This document shows positions 8,383 to 18,236 of a stretch of 64,000 bases of DNA, piece after piece. Each line of letters opens with the position of its first letter. The first letter of the stretch is position 1. The notes beneath the pieces were generated by a model, which was not told the DNA's origin, did not search any database, and saw only the letters and a list, made by a program, of their open reading frames with translations. The DNA comes from Candidatus Micrarchaeota archaeon (GTDB lineage Archaea; Micrarchaeota; Micrarchaeia; Micrarchaeales; CABMGC01): positions 4,200 through 68,199 of the forward strand of contig JAJYED010000002.1 in NCBI GenBank assembly GCA_021790305.1, written 5' to 3'. Made by a program: the position numbers and the translations under genes.

Positions 8383-10930
8383 TGCTATGAAAACCGAGGT
8401 AATCAATTATATAAAATTCGGAATTATGAATCCAGAGTATGTGAAGGCCCTTGGAGTAGTGAAACTTACAGTTCCAGATACATATAATGAGGACGGTTAC
8501 CCGATAGACGGAGGGCTGCTTGACCAGCGTCTCGGAGTCATAGACCCTGGATTGATATGCAAGACATGCGGTGCACGTGCAAAATCATGCCCTGGACATT
8601 TCGGCAGGATAGAGCTCGTAAGACCTGCAATACACTCTGAATTCGGGAAGACATTGTACATGATCCTGCAGTCAACATGCAGAAACTGCAACAGATTGCT
8701 TCTGGATGATGAGAGCCTTGCAAAGTACAGAGGAGAGAAGCTCGATCCTGATGCTATAGCTGTTGAGGGAGAAGAGGGCGCAGTAGAGGTCAAGAGCGCG
8801 ATGCTTAAGAGACTGAAGGACATAAAGAAATGTGAGAGATGCGGCACTCAGAAGAAGAAGCTCAAGTTCTCGCTGCCTACATACTTCTATGTGGAAGATT
8901 ACAAGCTTAAGCCTAATGAAATAAGGGACATGGTATCGAAGATAAGCAATGATGACCTTGAGATACTCGGCATAGACGCTGAGAATGCGAGGCCTGAATG
9001 GCTCATACTTGACATACTGCTTGTTCCTCCTGTAAACGTACGCCCTTCTATCACATTGGAGAGCGGTGAGAGGAGCGAGGATGAACTTACACACAAGCTT
9101 GTAGATATAATGAGGATCAACCAGAGACTTGAACAGAACCTCAATGCAGGTGCGCCTCAGATAATAATAGACGACCTCTGGGAGCTTCTCCAGTATCACG
9201 TTACAACATATTTCAACAACGAGACATCAAACATACCTCCTGCAAGGCACAGGAGCGGAAGGGCGCTCAAGACGCTCACGCAGAGACTAAAGGGCAAGGA
9301 AGGAAGGTTCAGGTACAACCTCAGCGGAAAGCGTGTCAACTATTCTGCAAGAACAGTAATAAGCGTAGACCCTAATGTAGATATAGACGAGGTAGGAGTA
9401 CCGTTTGCTATAGCTTCCAAACTTACCGTTCCGTTCTATGTAACGGAATGGAATATAGAGCATGCGAAGAAGATGCTCATGTCGAATGATTATCCAGCTG
9501 TGCTTAATGTGATAAGCAAGGACGGCAAGAGAAAGCGCGTCATAGATACCAATAAGGAGGAGATACAGAAGGAGCTTTCAGCCGGGGACATAATGGAGAG
9601 GCAGCTTGTAGATGGAGATATAGTGCTTTTCAACAGACAGCCTTCACTTCACCGTATGTCGATCATGGCCCACAAGGCAAAGGTCCTTCCTGGAAAGACC
9701 TTCAGGATCAACCTCTGCGTAGCTGCACCTTATAACGCAGACTTCGACGGAGACGAGATGAACCTGCACGTGCCGCAGACGCTAGAGGCAAGGGCAGAGG
9801 CAAAGATACTGATGATGTCATCGCACCAGGTCTTCTCTCCTAAGGAAGGGAATGTGATAATAGGTACGGAGCAGGACGGAATAACCGGAGCTTATGAGAT
9901 GACTGATGATAATGCTTACGTTACAAAGGAGGAAGCTGTCTACCTTCTTTCAGTTGCAGGAATATATGACCTGCCAAAAGAGGGAAAGAACGGGATGTAC
10001 AGGGCCAGGGATGTCTTCTCTATGCTTTTGCCTAAAGGGCTGAACTTTGAGATGGAGACCAAGAAAGGGCACCTGAAGATAAAGGATGGTCAGCTTGTAG
10101 AGGGCAGGATAGACAACAGCACGATAGGAAGAGGCGGAAACAAGCTCTTCATGAAGATACGCACCGAGTATGGATTTGAGGAGCTTAAGAAGTTCATATA
10201 CAGCTCTGCCAAGATGGTAAACGCATATGTCACGCTGATGGGCTTCAGCCTTGGGGTAAAGGAGTATGTGAACGATGAAAGGCTTGTAAGAGACAGGAAG
10301 CGCATGCTTGACGAGACCTTCGAGAAGATAAATAAGCTCATAGCTGATTATAACGACGGAAAACTGGAGGCACTCATAGGTTATACCCTGAAGAACTCGC
10401 TGGAAAGGATGATAATAGCAGAGTTGAACATGATAAGAGATAAGGCAGGAAAGGACATCATCAAGACAAAGGCAGATGACAAGGAGAAGAATACCGCCAT
10501 GGATATGGTATCTTCAGGTGCGAGAGGAAACATACTCAACGTAGTACAGATGATGATGTTCCTTGGACAGCAGGCTACAATCTCTGGAGGCAGAATAAAC
10601 AGAGGTTATGCGACAAGGAGAGCCCTGCCGCACATACTTCCTGGAGATCTCTCGCCTAAGGGAAGAGGCTTCGTAACGACCTCGTTCTATGGAGGTCTTG
10701 ATCCTATAGACCTGTTCATGCATGCAGTAGGTTCAAGAGGTTCTGAGATATACAAGGCATTGCTGACAGCAAGAAGCGGATACTTATATAGAAGGCTGTC
10801 CAACGCGCTGCAGGACTACTACGTAGATATAGACTATAGCGTAAGGGATGCAGGTAACAACCTTATAGAGACGGAGTATGGAGGGGACAGACTGGACCCT
10901 ATGTACACAAAGGTAATTGAGGTAGAGTGA
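8375..10930 (+). CDS. rpoA1: RNA polymerase subunit A'
   Basis: 851 aa with an N-terminal Zn motif CKTCG...CPGHFG and the catalytic [15 protein letters not shown]. It overlaps the rpoB1 stop by 8 nt. Confidence 0.95.
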   Translation: MSDAMKTEVINYIKFGIMNPEYVKALGVVKLTVPDTYNEDGYPIDGGLLDQRLGVIDPGLICKTCGARAKSCPGHFGRIELVRPAIHSEFGKTLYMILQSTCRNCNRLLLDDESLAKYRGEKLDPDAIAVEGEEGAVEVKSAMLKRLKDIKKCERCGTQKKKLKFSLPTYFYVEDYKLKPNEIRDMVSKISNDDLEILGIDAENARPEWLILDILLVPPVNVRPSITLESGERSEDELTHKLVDIMRINQRLEQNLNAGAPQIIIDDLWELLQYHVTTYFNNETSNIPPARHRSGRALKTLTQRLKGKEGRFRYNLSGKRVNYSARTVISVDPNVDIDEVGVPFAIASKLTVPFYVTEWNIEHAKKMLMSNDYPAVLNVISKDGKRKRVIDTNKEEIQKELSAGDIMERQLVDGDIVLFNRQPSLHRMSIMAHKAKVLPGKTFRINLCVAAPYNADFDGDEMNLHVPQTLEARAEAKILMMSSHQVFSPKEGNVIIGTEQDGITGAYEMTDDNAYVTKEEAVYLLSVAGIYDLPKEGKNGMYRARDVFSMLLPKGLNFEMETKKGHLKIKDGQLVEGRIDNSTIGRGGNKLFMKIRTEYGFEELKKFIYSSAKMVNAYVTLMGFSLGVKEYVNDERLVRDRKRMLDETFEKINKLIADYNDGKLEALIGYTLKNSLERMIIAELNMIRDKAGKDIIKTKADDKEKNTAMDMVSSGARGNILNVVQMMMFLGQQATISGGRINRGYATRRALPHILPGDLSPKGRGFVTTSFYGGLDPIDLFMHAVGSRGSEIYKALLTARSGYLYRRLSNALQDYYVDIDYSVRDAGNNLIETEYGGDRLDPMYTKVIEVE

Positions 10931-10934
10931 TATT

Positions 10935-11978
10935 ATGGCAAAGGAGATCAAGGAGAAGTTTCTGGTACAGTTCGGAGAGGCAGTAGGCACAGTAGCAGCG
11001 CAGTCTCTTGGAGAGCCTGGCACTCAGATGATTCTAAGAACCTTCCACTATGCAGGAGTAGAATCTACGATGTCGACATCTGGATTGCCAAGGATAGTGG
11101 AGCTTGTGGATGCTAAGAAGAAGCCGACTACTCCGATAACCTACATTTACCTGAACAAGGACATATCTAAAAGCTTTGATAAGGCCGAGGAGATGATAAA
11201 GAAGATAAGCGAGGTTACCATGAATTCCATAGTCAGGAGAGTTGATGAAAACTTCTCAAAAGGCAAGATAAGGCTGATACTTAGCTCTCAGGAAATGGAG
11301 GCTGCGAGGCTGACTACAAAAGCTGTCGCTTCCAAGATATCAAAGGACTTTGGTTTTGAGACCAAGTCCGAAGGAAGGATAATAGAGATAAAGGTAGGCA
11401 CGAGGGATCCTAAGAAGGTGCGTTCTGAAAGAGTGAGGATAATGAATTCCGTGATAAGCGGGATAGAAGGCGCAGGCAAGGTAATGCTCAGGCAGGATGA
11501 GAGTACAAAGGAATTCTATCTGATAGCTGCAGGAAGCGACATGGAGAGCATTGTGGACATACCTGGAGTCGATTCTACAAGGATAATGAGCAATGATGTG
11601 TTTGCAGTGTACAGGCTGTTTGGAGTTGAAGCTGCGAGGAATGTTATAGTACATGAGCTTGCAAAGACTCTTGATGAACAGAGAATAGGAGTGAACAGAA
11701 GGCATCTTGCGCTTATTGCGGATGCGATGACTGCAAGAGGTAACATAAAAGGAGTCGGAAGACACGGACTGAGCGGAGAGAAAGGATCTGTGCTAGCAAG
11801 GGCAGCGTACGAAGAGACTGTAAAGCATCTTGTCCATGCTGCGGTTTATGGCGAGATTGACCATATGAACGGAGTTACAGAGAATGTTCTAATTGGTAAA
11901 CAGGTGCCTGTCGGAACTGGAACTGTGCATCTCGCAATAAAGAAGGAGGATCTTTCCAAGGTGGGTAAAAAGAAATAG
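10935..11978 (+). CDS. rpoA2: RNA polymerase subunit A''
   Basis: 347 aa with [19 protein letters not shown] and HYAGV (trigger loop/jaw region). Confidence 0.95.
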   Translation: MAKEIKEKFLVQFGEAVGTVAAQSLGEPGTQMILRTFHYAGVESTMSTSGLPRIVELVDAKKKPTTPITYIYLNKDISKSFDKAEEMIKKISEVTMNSIVRRVDENFSKGKIRLILSSQEMEAARLTTKAVASKISKDFGFETKSEGRIIEIKVGTRDPKKVRSERVRIMNSVISGIEGAGKVMLRQDESTKEFYLIAAGSDMESIVDIPGVDSTRIMSNDVFAVYRLFGVEAARNVIVHELAKTLDEQRIGVNRRHLALIADAMTARGNIKGVGRHGLSGEKGSVLARAAYEETVKHLVHAAVYGEIDHMNGVTENVLIGKQVPVGTGTVHLAIKKEDLSKVGKKK

Positions 11979-12037
11979 TCTTTTAAATTGTTTTATCTCT
12001 ATAATCTGAATAAGTATACAAGAATAAGGTTTTAACT

Positions 12038-12262
12038 ATGCCGCAGGACAGACCCTTTGATCTACTGAACAAGTCAATAGGACAGCAGGTGATGATAAGG
12101 CTGAAGAATGGAACTGACATACGGGGAAAGGTCGTTTCGTTCGATGCACATATGAACATCGTCATAGAGAATGCCGAAGAGGTAGAGGAGGGAGAACTCA
12201 AGGCAAGATTGAATACCATACTATTAAGAGGAGGAAACATTCTCTTCATTTCCCCAGTGTAA
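12038..12262 (+). CDS. Sm-like archaeal protein (SmAP/LSm)
   Basis: 74 aa. Sm1 is LNKSIGQQVMIRLKNGTDIRGKVVSFDAHMNIVIENAEE and Sm2 is ILLRGGNILFISP. Confidence 0.85.
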   Translation: MPQDRPFDLLNKSIGQQVMIRLKNGTDIRGKVVSFDAHMNIVIENAEEVEEGELKARLNTILLRGGNILFISPV

Positions 12263-12279
12263 CCTGACTTTATCCTTAT

Positions 12280-12381
12280 GGGCTCTTGGCGCAACGGTAG
12301 CGCGCCTGCATGGCATGCAGGAGGTTGCGGGTTCAAATGGCCTTTAGAATTTCTATGGGCCTGCAAGTCCCGCAGAGTCCA
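12280..12381 (+). tRNA. tRNA-Ala (anticodon GGC) with a 30-nt intron in the T-loop
   Basis: Acceptor GGGCTCT/AGAGTCC with a G3:U70 pair and discriminator A. D-arm GCGC-AACGGTA-GCGC. Anticodon arm CCTGC-ATGGCAT-GCAGG. T-stem GCGGG (12327-31) and CCCGC (12369-73) are separated by 37 nt instead of 7. Confidence 0.85.
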
Positions 12382-12452
12382 TATCCTAATTTCTTGCGCT
12401 AGTGCATGCGGGGAGCAATAATTTATTTAAACGTTCTGCCGATTAATTAATC

Positions 12453-12986
12453 ATGGCTGGAGTAAGGAAGGGAAATTTCATTTATAGGAATGCAGTTTAT
12501 ATTAAGAGCATCGCAAGGGTAACGTTTGGCTTTGTCTGGCTCATAGATGCTTATTTCAAGTTTCAACCTGGTTTTGCGCAGAACTTTTCCAACCTGATAC
12601 AGGCTGGAGGACAAGGACAGCCTGCATGGCTCGCCCCGTGGTTTTCATTCTGGGTTAACTTTACTTCGATGAATCCTGCTGCTTGGGGATATGTGATTGC
12701 TTTCTCTGAGCTTGCAATAGCCATCTCGTTGATCTTCGGATTTATGCGCAGGATAGGGTACTCAGGGGGCTTTGTGCTTAGCCTGTTGATATGGAGCATT
12801 CCTGAAGGATTCGGAGGGCCTTATGGCCCTTCCTCAACAGATATAGGGACTGCAATAATATATGCCATTGTTTTCATCATGCTGATAGTGATAAACGCTG
12901 AGCAGGGCACGAGCAGATATTCTGTAGATAGCCATATGGAAAAGAGGTTTAAGTGGTGGAAGAAGTTAGCAGAGTTCAGCATGTAG
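12453..12986 (+). CDS. Integral membrane protein, DoxX-like
   Basis: 177 aa with about 4 predicted TM helices; the overall pattern resembles the DoxX/DoxD small membrane family. Function uncertain. Confidence 0.45.
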   Translation: MAGVRKGNFIYRNAVYIKSIARVTFGFVWLIDAYFKFQPGFAQNFSNLIQAGGQGQPAWLAPWFSFWVNFTSMNPAAWGYVIAFSELAIAISLIFGFMRRIGYSGGFVLSLLIWSIPEGFGGPYGPSSTDIGTAIIYAIVFIMLIVINAEQGTSRYSVDSHMEKRFKWWKKLAEFSM

Positions 12987-13016
12987 CCTAAATCTGCCGA
13001 AGCTGTTCTATTTGTA

Positions 13017-14318
13017 CTACAGCTCCCTTAAAGCATCTATTGGCTGCATCTTTGATGCACGCCAAGCAGGGTATACCCCTGCTATTACGCTTACGAATAT
13101 CGCTACGAAGAGCGCTTCTGCTATAAGTTCTGGAGTAAATACAGGCCAGTATGATAGAGAGGAAAAGCCTGATGATGAGCCGCCTGAAGAGGATGAGAAT
13201 CCTAGTCCTCCGCCTTTCCTGCCTGCTAATGCACTTCCTGAGCGCGGCGCAGTACTTGCAGTTGCGGTGCTGTTTGATGAAGATGCATGCTGCAGAGCGG
13301 ATAGACCGTACGATGCTGATGCGCCGACTATTATACCGAGTATTCCTCCGAGAATGCCTATTATCAGCGCCTGCATCATGAATATCAGGAGTATGTGCCT
13401 GCTTCTGAATCCGAGGGACTTCATTATCCCTATCTCATGCGTCCTCTCATATACAGCTATCAGCATTACGTTCATTATTCCTATAGCAGCTACGAGCAGG
13501 GATATGCCTGCAACTACTCCCAGAAAGAGGCTTATCGCCCCGATTATGCTTGATACAGTCTGAAGTATCTGCTGTGTGGTAGTCACTGTTGCGCTTGTCC
13601 CGTATATATTAGTAAGCAGGTTTGCCATTGGAGTTACAGCGCTTATGTTCGACGCTTTAAGCAGTATTATAGTATATCCCTGTCTGTGCAGCAGAAGCTG
13701 TGCTTCCTGTAGGGAGACCAGCATTGCGGTATTGATATTTACTATTGAGGTGCCTGACTGCTGCATTATTCCGGTTACCGGCATCGAGTATGAACCTCCT
13801 GAAGGTCCTTGCAGTTTTATTGTTACGGCTTGACCCACCTTTACGTTCTGCGTAGCTCCTCCTAGAGAAGAAGGAAATGCTACACCATAGCCTATTACAG
13901 AGGATGGAGTAGGAGTATCCTGGTACATTGAACCTTGGTATAATGAAGCGACGCCCGGAAGCTCACTTGCGCCTTCTGCAGATATTCCTATCAGCGTTGC
14001 AGAGACATTCTGGCCGTTGGCATATACATCTGCAGATCCTATCACCAATGGTATTACGGAACTTACATTCGGCAGTGATGAAAGACGACCGACATCTGCA
14101 GCTGAAAACCCTGTTGATTTTGAGCTGCTTAGGATTATAGTTGTAGGGCCAAGGGAGCTTAAGGAGCTTGATATGCTTGAACTTATTCCCTGCGTCTGTG
14201 ATACAAGTGCGATTATTGCTGCTACCCCTATCATTACCATGACTATGGTCAAAGCTGTCCTTACCTTCTTCTCCTTAAGGTCCTTATAGCCAAGCCAGAA
14301 TATGTCCGTTACGTTCAT
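13017..14318 (-). CDS. ABC transporter permease, MacB/FtsX family
   Basis: 433 aa with the N-terminal motif LGYKDLKEKKVRTALTIVMVMIGVAAI, a large extracytoplasmic domain and an FtsX-type C-terminus (ERTHEIGIMKSLGF). A Ser/Gly-rich insert lies between the last two TM helices. Confidence 0.85.
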   Translation of the reverse strand: MNVTDIFWLGYKDLKEKKVRTALTIVMVMIGVAAIIALVSQTQGISSSISSSLSSLGPTTIILSSSKSTGFSAADVGRLSSLPNVSSVIPLVIGSADVYANGQNVSATLIGISAEGASELPGVASLYQGSMYQDTPTPSSVIGYGVAFPSSLGGATQNVKVGQAVTIKLQGPSGGSYSMPVTGIMQQSGTSIVNINTAMLVSLQEAQLLLHRQGYTIILLKASNISAVTPMANLLTNIYGTSATVTTTQQILQTVSSIIGAISLFLGVVAGISLLVAAIGIMNVMLIAVYERTHEIGIMKSLGFRSRHILLIFMMQALIIGILGGILGIIVGASASYGLSALQHASSSNSTATASTAPRSGSALAGRKGGGLGFSSSSGGSSSGFSSLSYWPVFTPELIAEALFVAIFVSVIAGVYPAWRASKMQPIDALREL

Positions 14319-14332
14319 CCATCAAGCACTTT

Positions 14333-15610
14333 TTATTTCTTCTTACCCTTCTTCCTCTCCTGATAATAGAGCCATGCAACTGCTACAAGCGCTATGAACA
14401 GGATAATTGTTAGAAGGCCGCCGCCGCTTGACCTTGCCTGCTGTGGCCGGCCTGTTACCGATGCGTTCGGGGACGGCTTGGTTATGTTTACAGAGACATT
14501 CATCATGCTTGTCTGGTTCTGCCTTAAACCATTAAGGTAGTTTATCCTTATGGGTATGTTATAGACCCCTGGTTTAAGGTTTGAGCCAGAGATCAAGGTT
14601 ACAGTTACAGGCGATTGTGTATCTGCACCTATATCCCCTATATACACAGGATTTGTCCCATAAGAGCTGAATCCCTGAGGCATGAGCACATATGCACTTG
14701 CTGCTGATGCTCCTGATGTGCCTATGTCCGTAAGAACAAACGAGATTGAGAATATGCTTCCCTGCGGCACTGTAGAAGGCGATAACGTAATTCCAGATGG
14801 CAGCAGATTTATTGCGCCTGTCGGGATGATAGAGGTACTGTTCAGCACCTGTTCCAGCTCTGACCCAGAATAGAATGTGGCAGTTATGTTTACAGGAAAT
14901 GATTCTATTGATGCATTCCTTGAAACGAATATGCTTGCATTTATCTTTGATTCGTTACCGGGACCAAGTGCTTTTATATTGTATTCCTGGCTGCCTACGA
15001 CCGCCCCGTCTATTGGCGGAATGGACCAGTGAACATTTATGTTGGATATGCTGGAATTTCCATTGTTCTTTAGCCTTATGGTTATGTTCTGTATTTCTCC
15101 TGAAGTAAGGGTCTTAGGAGTCATGTTTACAGTAAGCTGTGAAGGGCACTGGACAGCTATCAGAGATAGGTTTCGTACTTCACTGTCTGAGTATAATTGC
15201 AGGTAATAATAAGAGATGCCCACAGGCACTGTATTGATCAGAGGTGCGCTCTGGTTTACGAATACGTGCAAGTCTGTTGTTGAAGAACTTAGAGGGGGTA
15301 TGCTCCCTATGTAAGCGGTACCGTTGCCAGCCGAGGCCAGATATTTGGATGAGCCAATACTAAGCGTAACTCCCTGCATTGCGGTTCCGGTAAGGTTCTG
15401 CGTGCCTACTCCCAGATAGTTCGTCTTTGCGTTGGTAACGGTTATCGGTATGCTATTAATCTGGCCTTTGCACAGCAATATAGGTTGTGAGGTTATTTGG
15501 AAGTTTGGAGGCAGAGGTACCGGCGAAGGACCGCTTGTCCCTGCATAAACTATCCCTGTAGAGAGCACTGCAAACAGTGCAAATGCCATTAGTAAATTTG
15601 TCTTGTTCAT
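14333..15610 (-). CDS. Secreted COG1361/CARDB-like cell-surface protein with a C-terminal TM anchor
   Basis: 425 aa with a signal peptide (MNKTNLLMAFALFAVLSTGIVYA), repeated beta-rich segments (ITIRLKNNGNSSISNINVHW), many N-x-S/T sequons and a C-terminal LLTIILFIALVAVAWLYYQERKKGKKK. It sits between the ABC ATPase and the permease. Confidence 0.7.
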   Translation of the reverse strand: MNKTNLLMAFALFAVLSTGIVYAGTSGPSPVPLPPNFQITSQPILLCKGQINSIPITVTNAKTNYLGVGTQNLTGTAMQGVTLSIGSSKYLASAGNGTAYIGSIPPLSSSTTDLHVFVNQSAPLINTVPVGISYYYLQLYSDSEVRNLSLIAVQCPSQLTVNMTPKTLTSGEIQNITIRLKNNGNSSISNINVHWSIPPIDGAVVGSQEYNIKALGPGNESKINASIFVSRNASIESFPVNITATFYSGSELEQVLNSTSIIPTGAINLLPSGITLSPSTVPQGSIFSISFVLTDIGTSGASAASAYVLMPQGFSSYGTNPVYIGDIGADTQSPVTVTLISGSNLKPGVYNIPIRINYLNGLRQNQTSMMNVSVNITKPSPNASVTGRPQQARSSGGGLLTIILFIALVAVAWLYYQERKKGKKK

Positions 15611-16332
15611 CTTACCACTTTTTCTTTCTCTAATTTTCCATCTCTTACATAGATGATCTTATCGCAATAACTCGTTATCTCGAGGTTATGCGTTATCATT
15701 ATTATGGTTACGTTATGTTCTTTGCATACATTTGAGAGTAATTTGACCACATTCTCTCCTGATTTGGTATCCAAGTCGCCTGTAGGTTCATCGGCAAGTA
15801 TCAAGGATGGGTCATTCACAAGCGCACGCGCTATTGCGACGCGCTGCTGTTCTCCTCCGCTCAGCTTTGAAGGAGGAAGATGTAATCTTTCCCCAAGTCC
15901 AAGACTGCTTAACAGCTCGGCAGCCTTTGCGTATCTCTCCTTCTCTGGAACCTCGGTTGCGTTAGCGAGTAGAGGCAGGAAGACATTCTGCTGTGCAGTT
16001 AAACCGTTTATCAGGTTGAACGCCTGGAATACAAAGCCCATGTGCTTGTTTCTGAACACTGCGAGCTGTTCATCATTCATTTTTGAAATATCCTCTCCGT
16101 CTATGTATATAGCCCCTGAAGTTGGCCTGTCAATTGTGCCTATCAGGTTCATCAGAGTCGACTTACCGCTGCCTGATGGACCGACTATGGCCGCAAACTC
16201 CCCTCTTTTTACAGTAAAGGATATGCCCACCACTGCCTTTACCTCTACATCACCGCTTATGTAGGTTTTGTGTACATTGTCCACTTTTACAGCTATGTCG
16301 CTAGACTTAGCGTTTGATTGTGCCATTAGCAT
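15607..16332 (-). CDS. ABC transporter ATP-binding protein (MacB/LolD-like)
   Basis: Walker A GPSGSGKST, signature LSGGEQQRVAIARAL, Walker B LILADEPTGDLD. 4-nt overlap with the downstream gene. Confidence 0.95.
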   Translation of the reverse strand: MLMAQSNAKSSDIAVKVDNVHKTYISGDVEVKAVVGISFTVKRGEFAAIVGPSGSGKSTLMNLIGTIDRPTSGAIYIDGEDISKMNDEQLAVFRNKHMGFVFQAFNLINGLTAQQNVFLPLLANATEVPEKERYAKAAELLSSLGLGERLHLPPSKLSGGEQQRVAIARALVNDPSLILADEPTGDLDTKSGENVVKLLSNVCKEHNVTIIMITHNLEITSYCDKIIYVRDGKLEKEKVVR

Positions 16333-16397
16333 CAGATGGTTATACTAATTTGGCAGTGCGTTTATTTATAAGCGTGTGCTGATACTTGGCTTTGCAG

Positions 16398-17222
16398 TTA
16401 TCTGAGGTTTACATCGTAGAATCTTAGCAGCATCTGCCATGCCTCTTCTGCTGCTTTCTTGTTGTAATGCTGTTCTCTTGTGTCATTGAAGAATGCATGG
16501 TGAGCTCCTGGGAAGACTTTTATTGTGAAGGGTTTCTTGTAATCTACAAGGGCCTTTACCAATTCGTGCAAACCAGAGTTTATCCTGCTGTCTTCACCTC
16601 CGTATAATCCCATTACTGCTCCCTTTACCCCTTTTATCTTTTCTATTGGGTTTGGGTTTTCCCCGTAGAATATTATTGATGCGTCAGTCTTGCCTGTGCA
16701 TCCCAGATTTATCGACATGCCGCCTCCGAAGCAGAATCCTACGCTGCCTATCTTTTCGCTGACATTTGGCAAGGAATGCAGATAGTCTACACCGCTTGAC
16801 ATATATTCTACAAACAGGTCTACCGGTCTGTTCATGAATAGTATCTGGTTTACCTCTGTTACTGCCTTTTTCTCATCTTCGCTCAGCTTTGCAAGCTCGG
16901 TTGCCCTGTACTGCTCATCCCTCTGCTTGTCTACAGGTATTGACATCATGAACTTCATGGCTGAGGCTATATTCTGGCTTGAGAGAAATCCTGATAGTTT
17001 TTTACTTGAGAAGAGATGAGGAGCGAGTACAACATATCCCTCTGCAGCAAGCCTGTCCGCCACATTCTTTGTATGTTCGTCAAGTCCGAATATCTCATGT
17101 ATCATTATTACTCCGGGATGTTTATCTTTGTCATCAGGTGCTGCAAGATATGCTTCTATAGAGTCATCCATTGTTTCATATTTCACATTTTCAGATTTCG
17201 TTTTCATTACATCACGTATCAA
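16398..17222 (-). CDS. Dienelactone hydrolase family protein
   Basis: 274 aa with HPGVIMIHEIFGLDEHTKNVADRLAAEGYVVLAPHLF, a nucleophile region GSVGFCFGG and a C-terminal PGAHHAF. Confidence 0.8.
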   Translation of the reverse strand: MIRDVMKTKSENVKYETMDDSIEAYLAAPDDKDKHPGVIMIHEIFGLDEHTKNVADRLAAEGYVVLAPHLFSSKKLSGFLSSQNIASAMKFMMSIPVDKQRDEQYRATELAKLSEDEKKAVTEVNQILFMNRPVDLFVEYMSSGVDYLHSLPNVSEKIGSVGFCFGGGMSINLGCTGKTDASIIFYGENPNPIEKIKGVKGAVMGLYGGEDSRINSGLHELVKALVDYKKPFTIKVFPGAHHAFFNDTREQHYNKKAAEEAWQMLLRFYDVNLR

Positions 17223-18155
17223 TTAAGATTGTATTTTTATTATAATTTTACCTTTTGCCTTTCTGCTCTCGCTTAGCGCATGTGCTTCGCTTATCTTTTC
17301 CAAGGGCAGCTCCCTGTCAATAATAACCTTTAGCTTGCCAGAATCTGCCAACTTTGCCAATTCTTCCATAGTCTTCCCATCCGAAGGCACAGAAAGATAC
17401 TGTGCGTCAATGCCGTATTTATCAGCAGCTGCTTTGTCTGTTGGCCCAGTGAGACTTATTAGTTTGCCTCCTTTCTTTACCATCTTGTATGCTTTTGAGA
17501 GAGTCTCTCCTCCCACAGTATCCAGCAGCAAATCCACATCCTTTACCTTTTCGCTGAAGTCCCCTTCAGTGTAATCTATCGCTTCGTCTGCACCAATTGC
17601 TTTTATTGTCTGCAGGTTTGCCTTTGATGCCGTTCCTATAACATAAGCACCGATGTTCTTTGCGATCTGTATAGCCATCATCCCTACTCCGCCTGATGCA
17701 CCGGTTATCAGTACCTTCTGGCCTTTCCTTAGTCCTACAAGGTCAACAAGAACGGTCCATGCAGTACCTGCTGCTACTGGCAATCCTGCACTCTCTCTTT
17801 CCGGAATATTTTTCGGAGCCTGTGCGATGTTGCTCTCTTTTGCCAAAGCATATTCGGCATAACTGCCGTTGCTTCCGAAGTTCGCCTTGCCAAATACAAG
17901 ATCTCCTTTCTTAAACTTGGAGACAGAAGAGCCTGCTTTCTCTACTGTGCCTATCATATCTGTTCCGAGGATCGCAGGGAATTTTAAAGGCATTCTGTTC
18001 TTCATGTAACCTGCTCTTACCTTGTAATCAAAAGGATTAACGCTTGCAAAATGAACTTTTACCAGCACCTCTGTATCTCCAGGTTCAGGTGTTGGGATGT
18101 CCTCGCTCTTAAAAACAGTTGCATCGCCATATTCACGTATAACTGCAGCTTTCAT
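17223..18155 (-). CDS. NADPH:quinone oxidoreductase / zinc-type alcohol dehydrogenase superfamily (MDR)
   Basis: 310 aa with MKAAVIREYGD..., the GxGxxG-like ITGASGGVGMMAIQIAK and a typical MDR C-terminus. It directly abuts the downstream hydrolase gene. Confidence 0.85.
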   Translation of the reverse strand: MKAAVIREYGDATVFKSEDIPTPEPGDTEVLVKVHFASVNPFDYKVRAGYMKNRMPLKFPAILGTDMIGTVEKAGSSVSKFKKGDLVFGKANFGSNGSYAEYALAKESNIAQAPKNIPERESAGLPVAAGTAWTVLVDLVGLRKGQKVLITGASGGVGMMAIQIAKNIGAYVIGTASKANLQTIKAIGADEAIDYTEGDFSEKVKDVDLLLDTVGGETLSKAYKMVKKGGKLISLTGPTDKAAADKYGIDAQYLSVPSDGKTMEELAKLADSGKLKVIIDRELPLEKISEAHALSESRKAKGKIIIKIQS

Positions 18156-18187
18156 ATAATCATTTGATATTTAGGAATTAATAATTA

Positions 18188-18210
18188 TAATAGTATAGGA
18201 CATACTATTA
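18188..18210. promoter_or_regulatory. Perfect 9-bp inverted repeat (TAATAGTAT-N5-ATACTATTA) in a divergent promoter
   Basis: Read directly: 18188-18196 is the reverse complement of 18202-18210. It lies between the oxidoreductase start (18155, minus) and the MFS transporter ATG (18237, plus). Confidence 0.4.
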
Positions 18211-18236
18211 ATACTTGTTTGAAGATTGTTGTTTGC

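Noticed and set aside
11983-12366. 127-aa minus-strand ORF
   Set aside because: It overlaps both the Sm-protein gene and tRNA-Ala on the opposite strand. The ORFs at 35460..35657 and 36665..36892 similarly overlap tRNAi-Met and tRNA-Lys.
13012-13563. 183-aa plus-strand ORF, with similar long ORFs at 13576..13833 and 14017..14289
   Set aside because: They lie entirely antisense to the well-supported FtsX-family permease gene. The sequence is low-complexity and Pro/Ala/Ile-rich with no motifs, so they are shadow ORFs.
15704-16264. 186-aa plus-strand ORF
   Set aside because: It is antisense to the ABC ATPase, whose Walker A, signature and Walker B motifs are unambiguous.
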